NCBI RefSeq assembly: GCF_020745735.1
Contig: NC_083440.1
Coordinates: 13,503,138-13,567,137 of the forward strand
DNA from: Hemiscyllium ocellatum
Lineage: Eukaryota
Direction: 5' to 3'
DNA: 64,000 nt
The translations under genes and the position numbers were made by a program. This document shows, piece by piece, positions 1-9,690 of this stretch. How positions within the stretch are numbered: the stretch's first letter is position 1; the number at the start of each line of letters is the position of its first letter. The notes below the pieces were generated by a model. That model did no database searches. It had not been told where the DNA came from and saw only the letters and a list, made by a program, of their open reading frames with translations.

Positions 1-489
1 CTAAACTGGGAGAGTCCACTCTCTGTTAACATCATCTATGTCCCTGAGGTGACTGCTGCACGTGAAATGCATAAATGCACCCAAAAGACTTAAAATGCCC
101 TCATCAACAAAATGAATTCAAACCTCAGCTCTGTTTTGATCTAAAATGAACAACTATGTGTTAGATGAAAAGAGCGAATTAGCTATTGCAAAGATTGGCC
201 CGTCATTTCACATTTTTAAATTTAAATATTCAATTAGAATTACATATTGAGCAGTTCAGCAGTAACCCCAAAAGAGGTTGAAGCAGATATCTCAATACGT
301 AGTGGGTTGAGGTTCGTAGTGTTCATACTTTTAAGGAAAAGTTCTATAAAACATGAGGGAAAAGCAAAACACAAGAAAGCGTTCATGGTTTGAGGTGAAT
401 AGCAAGTGGGAAAATTGTCCTAGGGATAATGCACAGTAGCAGTAAACAATTATTTAAGCACCATGCATTGTTTTGGCAATGTTTTTCTG

Positions 490-775
490 CTTTATGGTGC
501 AGGGGTACCAGGAGGAGAATGATAGCAACGCAGGCTTGACATTATGAAGGTGTTTAATATCACAAGTAGCATAAATAAGATGAACTCCCGGTGTTACTTC
601 CCCGTGAAATGAAAGTCCAAAACTAGAGGAAATAGGTTTAATATGAGAGGGGAAATAATTAAAAGGAGCTTGAGGGACACTTTTTTTCACACAGGGGGTA
701 GTCCGTACATAGAAAAAGCTGACAGTGGAAGTATTAGATGAAGATATAGTTATACTCTTTTACAGAATACCTGCA
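490..775 (+). mobile_element. CR1-like LINE 3' fragment
   Basis: Decayed CR1 end motifs (AACTAGAGGAAATAGGTTTAA, TTTTTTCACACAG). Confidence 0.6.
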
Positions 776-789
776 GTGTGGAAGCTGCC

Positions 790-1300
790 CATTTGTCCAT
801 CGCTCTAAAGCGATCATCTGAAGAGCATGCCATCCAAAACCACACTCCGATCCCATCCCTCTAACTCTGAATTTTCCATGGCCGTTCTAACTAGCAGAAA
901 CATCTTTGGACACAATGAAAAATTTACAATCACCAATCTAACCAGCACATCTCAGGCCTATGGGACAAAACACTGACTGTGTGGAGTTTGCACGTTCTCC
1001 CCGTGTCTGCGTGGGTTTCCTCCGGGTGCTCCGGTTTCCTCCCACAGTCCAAAGATGTGCGGGTCAGGTGAATTGGCCATGCTAAATTGCCCGTAGTGTT
1101 AGGTAAGGGGTAATGTAGGGGTATGGGTGGGTTTCGCTTCGGCGGGTCGGTGTGGACTTGTTGGGCCGAAGGGCCTGTTTCCACACTGTAAGTCTAATCT
1201 AAAAAACCGCAAAGGAAACCCAAGCAGACAGGGGGAGAACATAAGACCTCCACCAAGACAGTCACCCAAGGATAAAATCTGGCGTTGTGATGCAATTGTG
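790..1300 (-). mobile_element. Older SINE, interrupted by a young SINE
   Basis: Both halves match the reverse complement of the HE1-like SINE body. Confidence 0.55.
973..1201 (+). mobile_element. Young 5'-truncated HE1-like SINE
   Basis: Nearly identical to 33232-33460; ends in AAGTCTAATCT. Confidence 0.92.
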
Positions 1301-1505
1301 AGCAACTTTATCAATATTATTAAGAATGAGTGAATCTCGCAGAGCAGAGAATCCAAATGAAGATTATTAGAATGATTGAACAGGTTGTCAAGTTCTTACC
1401 ACTGGGAAAAAGCTCGTAAGAACAATGCTGGATAATGGCCAAACTTCCCTACTATTGGAGTAATTAAATTTACAATTTTGTGTAATATATTAAATGTTCA
1501 CCTAC

Positions 1506-1558
1506 CAGCAAACACTAATTTTGTTCAGGTGACAAATGTATACTCATAGCAATAACAT
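1506..1558 (-). pseudogene. TRBJ: TRBJ pseudogene (CYCYEYTFVT*TKLVFA)
   Basis: 12-RSS at 1559-1586 and GTAGGT donor in phase 1. The FGxG motif has decayed to F-V-T-TGA, followed by TKLV. Confidence 0.75.
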
Positions 1559-1586
1559 CACAATGGTAGTCTGCAGTGTTAAAACT
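1559..1586 (+). other. 12-RSS of J pseudogene
   Basis: CACAATG, 12-nt spacer, GTTAAAACT. Confidence 0.7.
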
Positions 1587-2544
1587 ACGAAAAAGTAAAA
1601 AAAAAAGACATGCGGGGAGGAATCTTCAGTGAGAAATATTTGAACATGCATAATCTTACATTCCGGTTTAAAATAGGGATATTTGATTCGCAGTGTATGG
1701 GTTTATATAGCAACTTAAATGCAAATAGATTTTCTATAGGTATTTCAGTGGCTAAGTGGCAGAATCATACTGGCCCACGTGTATACATTAGAATCAAAAG
1801 TCTGTTTAAGTATTTGGGATTTAAGAAGCAACTTCAAGATAATGAAAGAGACAAAGTTGCAAACTGAATTACTGAACCTCAGTGAAAGCAATTGACGTGT
1901 TTCATGGTTGAGTGTTTGAGGGCATGGATGTCTGTAGTTAAGTTCAATCTTTATGAATCCAAAGTTGATGGCATGCAGAAGATGAAAGAAGTTTATAAAG
2001 CTGACAGGGAGTAAGTACCGAAAGAGAAAGAAAGAGTATGTGAAAAAATAAACATGGGAGCTCTCTAAACTAAGTTGGTTCACTATCTGTCAACGTTTTT
2101 ATATGTCCCTGAGATGATTAAATCTTCTGAAATGTATCAGCTTGCCCAACAGTTTTAACGAGTCCTCGTTAACGACATGAATTCAAACATAGCTGTGTAC
2201 CAACATAAAATGGACAACGTTACCCCCTTTCCAAAGTTACATTGATCATATCCTGCTTGAATTATGAGAACTGTAGTTCAAAGATGAGCAGAACAAATTA
2301 GCCGTTGCCAAATATGGTGTACAATCAACTTTTTTTTAACATTTAACATTCAATTAGAAATTCATCTTGAGCAGTTTAGCAGTAATTTCCACTGAAGACT
2401 GGCTGTTGCAGGTATTTCGTTGCCACAAATGGTTGGTTAAGGTAATAGTGTTGATACATTTAAGTAGAAGTATACAAACAGGAGGGTCAGCCGATAGATT
2501 TCACACTGACCTTCCGAAGAACATGCCACCAAGACTCCACCCAG

Positions 2545-2717
2545 CCTTCACATCCTGAACACTACGTCCAGATAATCTAACCCACACATTTTTGGACTGT
2601 AGGAGGAAGCCCATACCAACTCAGGGATAATGTGCAAAACCAAGAAAGAAGGTAGCCCGAGGATGGAATCGAACCTGAGTCCCTGGTGCCAATAATCACT
2701 GGCCACCATGCTGCCAT
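2545..2717 (-). mobile_element. Degenerate SINE
   Basis: Reverse tRNA-like head and body remnants. Confidence 0.5.
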
Positions 2718-2938
2718 AAAGATGCATTGACACTTCCCCAAAATGAACAGCCTCCACTCTTTACGAAATGCTTCATTACCCACGTTGAGTAAAGAGGCAC
2801 ATGATAGTTTATTAGTTAAACAGATCTACAGAGCTAACGTACTCCGTAGCAAGACAGACAAAGATGGGGATAGACAGCCAGTCACAGCCGATAGACCGAA
2901 CTATGGATGTTGATACAGCGAGACATCAACAAACTTAC

Positions 2939-2988
2939 CAAAAACTGTCAACTTCGTGCCAGCACCGAAGTAATAGATGCTAGCAGAA
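2939..2988 (-). CDS. TRBJ: TRBJ segment SASIYYFGAGTKLTVF
   Basis: FGxGTKLTV motif, phase-1 GTAAGT donor, adjacent 12-RSS. Confidence 0.95.
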
Positions 2989-3016
2989 CACAAAGCTAGA
3001 CGCCTGTCTCAAAACC
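2989..3016 (+). other. 12-RSS of J
   Basis: CACAAAG, 12-nt spacer, CTCAAAACC. Confidence 0.88.
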
Positions 3017-3329
3017 TTTCAGTTCTTTGTGAGTGTTGCACCTTGATGACAAGGGAACCCATGGAATCACGCGACAATGCAGTGTGGGAATTGGAGTGGA
3101 GGCCATTTAGCCCTGTTTAGCGAACTACGAACTAACATGACTATTTTCTGTATTTTTGTTTCAGAGTCTATTATTATCAGAGTCGAGAGTGCCCACGGAC
3201 AAGCACGTCTTAGCCTCTCCTAGTTACTGACTAAGGGTCCTAGACTTCCATCACTCCTTAATCGGCTACTTTAATTCTTCATATAACCACGACCCACCGG
3301 ATACCACACCAGTGGAAATATTTTTTTCT

Positions 3330-3790
3330 GATTATCATAATGACTCCCAATGAACTTAATCGAACAAATTAGTAAAGGATTCACCTTCAAAACTCTGTGA
3401 ATCATTAGAAATATTACCAGTCTCATGAGATTATGGCAAAATTGAAACAGGAGTAGGTCTTTCAGCACCTCGAAGTTGTTCCACCATTTCATAGATTCGT
3501 GGGTGATCTGTGGTCTAAATCTATATAGCTGCCTTTGGCCATATCCCTTAATATATTGACAAAACAACAAAAAGAAAACTGTCTGAGATATAAGCTGTGC
3601 AGCTGATACAGTCGTTTGTGGAAGAGAGTTTCAAACATTTACCTCAGTGCAGAATTGCTTTCTCATATGTTTCCTGCACGCTCTGGCCCAGTTCTCAGAT
3701 TATGTCCCTTCCTTCTGGAATCTCCAATCTGTGCAAATAGTTCATTTTTATTTCCCCTTCCTTTTCCTATTTCTATCTTTTAGACTTTGA
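3330..3790 (-). mobile_element. CR1-like LINE 3' fragment
   Basis: Reverse-orientation CR1 end motifs. Confidence 0.5.
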
Positions 3791-4224
3791 GAAGATCAAC
3801 TATTCACCTGTTCTTGGTATTTTATCAGTGGGATTACACAGTAAATCTTTCCTTTAAACTCATCAGAAGTATTCCAGCCTATTCAACATTCATAGATAAA
3901 CTTGGATAGATAAATCTACTTAAGAGAGAAATGGTTTTCATTTCAGCTTCTTTGTTCTGCCATTTACTTTCCACACACAGTTTCTTCCTAAATATTTTCA
4001 CATAACCCCTTCCGTCTTCACAGCTTTCACAATTTTCACACATTATATCAGCCATATTATTCACAACAATTTAATCTCATGTGTCACGCATTTCTGTCAC
4101 TGATTTGGCACAGGTCGTTCTCCCGAATACAGGATTTAATCTCTTGCTAGTGTTCATGCGCACATACACACATGCATACGTATATGTGTATATATGTGTG
4201 TATGTATACATATATCTCCCTTAA

Positions 4225-4810
4225 GGGCATTGACATAGCTCGCTGAAAGAGGCAACATGGTGGATAAAGAAGGCACACGACATGCTTACCTTCATGAACC
4301 CGGCTTTGAGAATAAAGGTTGTCAAATCATGTTGCAGTTACACAAGATTGAAATTAGGCAATCTTTGGGCTATCGTGGGCAGTTCCAGTTACCACACTGA
4401 TATGGAGGTTTTGGAGAGATGTAATGGAGTTTTACCAGGATGTAACCTGGATTAGCTATAAAGTAAGTTTAGAAAGTGTTTGATTCTTTTCACGAGAGGG
4501 GCGACATGCAATGAGAGATAAGGGTAGGTTGATAATCTTTTTACCAGGGTGTTACGTAAAATAATGAGGGACATAGGTTTAAGGAGGAAGCAGGAAAGTG
4601 TTTCACATAGAGAGCGTTATCCACCTATACTGAACTGCCAGGGAAGGTGTTCGAAGCAGAAATGATAACAACGTTTAAGGAGCATTTAATCATACACTTA
4701 TTTAGGCAGGGAAGAGAGGGATAAAGACCAAGTGCAGGCAGCTGGGATTACTTTAGAATGGCACCGTCGTCAGCACAGACATGGTGGGCCGAAGACCCTG
4801 TTCCTGTACT
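4225..4810 (+). mobile_element. CR1-like LINE 3' fragment
   Basis: Decayed RT C-terminus and GGGCCGAAG tail. Confidence 0.65.
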
Positions 4811-5257
4811 ATTTTATGAATGTTCCATCTCTGTTGATGTCTCTAATCTCTTGGTTCTGGCATCAGCGTTGTTAATCCCCCTCAACTGTTAGCAGAAAAC
4901 CTTAGCCAGAGTCCCTGCGACTTATTTTATAAACTTTAGATTAGACTTGTGTACAACACAATTGAATGGAAGTAGTTTTCAGTCTATATTAATGCCAAGT
5001 TCGATATTTTCACACGTTCATGTTTGGGAATCTATTTGCACCATCAGTTGAATTTACAGAATCTCCATTTTGTTCCAACGTATTCCCTTCTCCTACAATT
5101 GAATCGTTGCACTCTGTCTCCACAAGTTCGAAGATCTAAATCATTTACCTCAACTCCAGCACTTTTACTCCACCAATTCCTTTACTCCCCAAATCCTTCC
5201 ACACATGCATTCACGATTTAAAGCAAATCTTGTTTTGTTACTAATCCATTTACTTAC

Positions 5258-5304
5258 CCAGAACGACCAGCCTTGTCCCAGTTCCGAAGTAAGCTTCGTT
5301 GTAA
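5258..5304 (-). CDS. TRBJ: TRBJ segment YNEAYFGTGTRLVVL
   Basis: EAYFGxGTRL motif typical of J-beta, phase-1 GTAAGT donor, 12-RSS. Confidence 0.96.
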
Positions 5305-5332
5305 CACAGCAGTACCATCCTGTCTCAAAATC
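5305..5332 (+). other. 12-RSS of J
   Basis: CACAGCA, 12-nt spacer, CTCAAAATC (spacer end and nonamer resemble the RSS at 2989). Confidence 0.85.
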
Positions 5333-6082
5333 CCCAGCACAACCGGCACTCTTTAGCAATTCTGTTCAACTTGCATCTTTCCTAAGGACTGGCAAAGCTC
5401 CTACAGCCATGATGCCGTGAGTGGCCAATCAGCCATTTTATCCCATTATTCAATTAGATAATAGTTACTTCACATCTCAACTTAATCTATTCTGTGACTA
5501 CTTAACAATTTTTCCTTGCAAATAATTATATTTACCGAACTGTAGACTTCAATTGATCATTTGTGTATGCATGAAAATTCAAGGTTAGAGCGAACACTTG
5601 ATTTCTGAAATCAGCAGTGGATAACCTAGCTTTTACACTGAAACAGAAATAGTTGTGGAGAAGCCCTCTAAATTTGTTTATAACTACCGACCATCATTTA
5701 TTCAGCTTAAATTCTTAAAACAACACGAATTGAATTTTTAAAAAAATGAGTCAATGCAGAGTCAACATCGCATAAACCATTTCCATCTGGCTATTAACTA
5801 TTATCAATTCTCAATCTTGCTCACGTGTAAATAACAACTTATATGGAGAAACAGATGTCAAACGCGGCTTGTATCTCCCAGACCTTACATTCTCCAATAG
5901 ACTGTCCAAGTAGACTCAATTTTGATGATGGAATAACCCAAAGCAACACACCTTTTCAAAGGAAAGCATTTGAGAAGTTTGAAGATTATGTTGAAATGAC
6001 CAGATGTTGAAAGTCTGAACACCTTACTCCCCAGCAAACGATTCCTTACACGTAATGCAGATAAGAGAGAAAATTGACTTAC

Positions 6083-6130
6083 CCAAAATTGTTCGTCTCA
6101 TGCCTTGATCGAAATAATTCACATTTGCAT
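6083..6130 (-). pseudogene. TRBJ: Defective TRBJ (NVNYFDQGMRRTIL)
   Basis: FDQG instead of FGxG and a GTAAGT donor. The heptamer TCCAGTG (6131-6137) has lost CAC; a 12-nt spacer and A-rich nonamer follow. Confidence 0.7.
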
Positions 6131-6773
6131 TCCAGTGACACAACAGTTGTTCAAAAAAAACGAGTGCCATGACAGACCTATTCTGTTTTTGTATTATACA
6201 AACTTTGTGATTCTATTACGAGTTATATGAATTCTATTCTATATTGCACTAATCGACCTGTTTTAACATGCCTCCTAGAGCAGGTATGAGAGACTTCAAT
6301 GAGCGACGCCTGGCTCAGAAGTAGGGAAGCTATCTCTGCACCAAAAGACACTTCATGGATCGCATCTTAAACTGAAAAGGATAACTCTCACCTCAGCTGT
6401 CAGATCCACTTTCATATCTGTGCATCGCGTAAAGATTTATATGGTCTGACCAGATTTGTATGAGTGAAATTATTGGAGTTTAGATGTATTGAATCAAATG
6501 TTTATTCCATTGCTAACTGCACTTAGCTGACACCAGGAGACTTATTTCCGCGAATAAAGCACATTCTCTTGTAAAGCAGACCATATGCCTCAGTTTCTCT
6601 CGGGCTTTGATTAATACAGACGGGACAGATCAAGCAGTGGCTGAGAAAACAGCCTTGTTTCTTGCCGTTGTCGAGACAACCTATAACAGACTGACGCTGC
6701 AGAATGACCAGGGCAATCATCAGGAGCTTTCAATGAAAAAGAAATACGGAGATGATATTGCCAAATTCCTTAC

Positions 6774-6821
6774 CTAATACCATCAGTTTGGAGCCCGGTC
6801 CGAAGTGTACCTGTGTTCCAG
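6774..6821 (-). CDS. TRBJ: D-proximal TRBJ segment AGTQVHFGPGSKLMVL
   Basis: FGPG motif, phase-1 GTAAGG donor, 12-RSS. Confidence 0.93.
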
Positions 6822-6849
6822 CACACCATCAGATCACTTCACATCAACC
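6822..6849 (+). other. 12-RSS of J
   Basis: CACACCA, 12-nt spacer, ACATCAACC. Confidence 0.85.
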
Positions 6850-7260
6850 CATTTATGGAAAGGGTCAATCCTGTCTACCATAAATAATAAGGAGAGCAGG
6901 TCAAAGTGCTTCGGAAGCAGTTTCCAGAGAGTAAGCACATTCAAGCGTGGTTCCCAACGAGGGAGACATCAACCGTCGAATTTGCTAAGAACTAACAGTT
7001 TGGGTCATGAACATCTCACATTTTGGAATGTTGAATGTTGGCTCAGTATCCACCCAAGAGCTTAAGGTTCAATCGAAGCGAAGAAAGACACGTGTGTTCG
7101 AATTATTACAACAAGAAGTGTTCGTAATTCGAAAACGCAAATGTCAGTGGAAGTTCCAATGGCGCTTGAAGATGTAAATGCCTTTGTTCCTACCATAACC
7201 CATGTGCAACCGTGAAGGATTCATTGCCATGGATAATTTGCTTCGCCTAATATGCTGTTG

Positions 7261-7299
7261 GGTTTTTGTATGGGACCTGCATTGGATTGTATCATCGTG
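7261..7299 (-). other. 3' 23-RSS of D-beta
   Basis: CACGATG, 23-nt spacer ATACAATCCAATGCAGGTCCCAT, perfect nonamer ACAAAAACC. Confidence 0.97.
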
Positions 7300-7312
7300 C
7301 TCCCCCTGTCCC
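7300..7312 (-). CDS. TRBD: TCR beta diversity segment GGGACAGGGGGAG (13 nt, open in all three frames)
   Basis: Flanked by a 5' 12-RSS and a 3' 23-RSS; matches the known GGGACAGGGGG core of vertebrate D-beta. Confidence 0.97.
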
Positions 7313-7340
7313 CACGGTGATATATACTCGAACAAAAAAA
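7313..7340 (+). other. 5' 12-RSS of D-beta
   Basis: CACGGTG, 12-nt spacer, ACAAAAAAA. Confidence 0.95.
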
Positions 7341-8999
7341 AAGAGATGAAGTGAGTAGCTCCGCCTCTTCATAGGGTTTTGAGTCTTTTGGCTTCTGAAG
7401 TTCTTTGAGATCGCGGTTGCAGTTCAGTGGTTTTTGTCAAAGTTCAGCCCATGCTTCTCCATGATGCAGGATTCTGCACTCTCGGGCATGTTCCCTGGAA
7501 CACATTCCCAGAAGTGCACCAACGCCGCTTGGATGGCCACCTACTTGGCCACCTGCAGACGTCATTAGTCTGCCAGAAACTTGTGGTCTTACAGAACAAG
7601 GGGTTGGCCTCCATTTATTGTTGCAGATTGAGACATTGCGAGCTCCAGGATATCTTGGAGGCAGCTGCCACAAAGGCACAGTGGGGAAACACCACTTCTG
7701 ACATATTTCTGCCAAAGTTAAAATGGGATTCCTTTCAGTTATTGGAGCTTCCTGGTTTTTCAATACATGTAAATATAATCTTATAAAAGGAAGAGCTGCC
7801 TTTCGTTGGTTTGTTCGATAGAGTCCATCTGCATTGTTATTTGTACAGAACTGGAATTGACTGTAGTACATATGTATTTATGTCAAGATATTTCACGAAA
7901 GAAATATATTTTTGCAATAATACAAATGAAAGAAACGTCAGTTTTGTTTGTGGAAATTGAATCATTCGAAGTTGCCATTTTACCAAGTAAAGGTGGAAGT
8001 AGACTGGTTTATAGTGTGATTATTGAATAATCGACGTTGGCAATAACGAAACTGTGGAGGAGATCGTTCCACTCCAAGGGAGCCTGTTAAAACATTCAGC
8101 CCCTTCTCCAGCCTGGTGCATAAGAACAGGAGGAGGCCAATAACACCGTTCTCCAACTTGTTACAATTAAACTGGAAGATAAGGAAGCTGCTCACCTGCT
8201 CCTCCAGCCTAATGCACAAAACAAGAAGAAGACCATTCTGAGAATTTAGTGTGTGTATAGTTGGCTGTTTGACTACAGTTAATCGGCTGTCTTAGTTTCG
8301 TTCTGTCTCTTTATTTATTGATTTTTTTTCCTGTTCCTTCCTACTATTGAATCTTTCCTGTCTCTTGGCGTGTCTGTTCCATTTACAAGGAAGGTTGCGT
8401 CTACAAACTCTCCAGACACAGCAGATTCGGTATAGCGAGCAATTTATACAGTTTTAACCTCCCAACCTATTATTCAGAATCATTCTATGTTTGCGCAGTC
8501 AAAGTTGCTCAAGTTGCTTCAATACTTGATTGACAGGTGTTGCTTACCACCGTTTGAACTCATCTCATTTGGAAGCAGTTTGCATTGACACGCACCTGCA
8601 CTGAAAGTCTGTAGCTTGGAAGATCAAACGCAACATTCGATTGACAACAAAGCTAATAAAGACAGAGTGAGTAATGAAAAATAAGTAGGAAGGCATTTGC
8701 AAGGACAGACGAATGTAGGGTCAAGGAAGTAACTGTCTTTCCCTTTCCCCATTTGAATTAAAGGTCCAAGGTACTGATAGAGTGGTTCTATTAGAAAATG
8801 CAGGACAAAAGTACAAGTACAGTCCTTTCATGAAATTGGCTTTATCCCCCACATCGAATGTGGAATACTGATTCCACATCAATTTTAATATGGCACATGA
8901 CACTGAAGGAGGTACAAGTGAAAATAGATCAGGGGAATCGGAGGACAAGAGTAGAAAATTATTCGTGCAACTGCACAAGGAACAGATGAGACCATGTGG

Positions 9000-9690
9000 A
9001 GTCATAAAGTGTTACAGTACGGAAACACTACCAGCGGTCCAACCAGTCCATGTTGAACATAATCTCAAACTAAACTAGTCCCACTTGATTGATCTTATCC
9101 TGTCTTCGTTCAAATCTTTCCTGTTCGTGTACTTATTCAAATGCCTTTTGTATATTTTAATTCAACCCACATTTACTGAGCAGTCTTGGTCCTTTATTTC
9201 AGGAAAACATTGTTCCATTGAAGGAATTTCTGAGAAGTATGATCGCTGGTCTGGAGGGATTGTCGTACGAGCAAAGTTTAACATGTTGGGAATCTATTCA
9301 CCGGAGTTTCGAGGGATGAAAAGTGATCTCAGTAAAATATATAGGTTTATTAAGGGGCTTGAGAGGGTAAATGCTGAGAGTTTGCTTCCCCTCACAGGAG
9401 AATCTAGCATCACAAGACATCGCCACAGATTAAAGGGGGCCCATTTAGACCGAGATGAGGAGGAATTTCTTGTCTCAAAGGGGTGTCAGTCGTCGGAACA
9501 CGTTGCCACAGAGAACCGTCTAAGTTCAGAGTCATTATGTATGGTTATGGCTGAGACAGATAGATTCTTAGTCAGTCAGGGATTCACGGGTTATGGGGAA
9601 TGGACAGAAATGTGAATAGAAGAAAATTGGATGTGTCATGGTTCTACTGAATTGTAAAGGAGTCTCGAAGGGCCGAAATATCTATTCTGT
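9000..9690. mobile_element. Two CR1-like 3' fragments in opposite orientation
   Basis: About 9000-9230 is reverse; about 9230-9690 is forward (DLSKIYRFIKGLERV-like). Confidence 0.6.

Noticed and set aside
1745-2030. Pyrimidine tract plus CAG and a 112-aa ORF as a candidate TRBC exon
   Set aside because: No C1-set motifs (Cys, Trp, FYP) in any frame.
5165-5359. ORF with GWYCC resembling an Ig-domain end
   Set aside because: Out-of-frame read-through of a J segment and its RSS.
6380-6440. GTGAGA donor preceded by DLTAE
   Set aside because: Wrong splice phase, no FGxG and no RSS.
6520-6575. Possible sixth J (ALFAEISLLVS)
   Set aside because: No FGxG, the donor reads CTAAGT and there is no convincing 12-RSS; at best an unprovable relic.
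7427-7871. Overlapping 119-aa and 144-aa ORFs next to D as trypsinogen or MOXD exons
   Set aside because: No recognisable motifs of either family in any frame.
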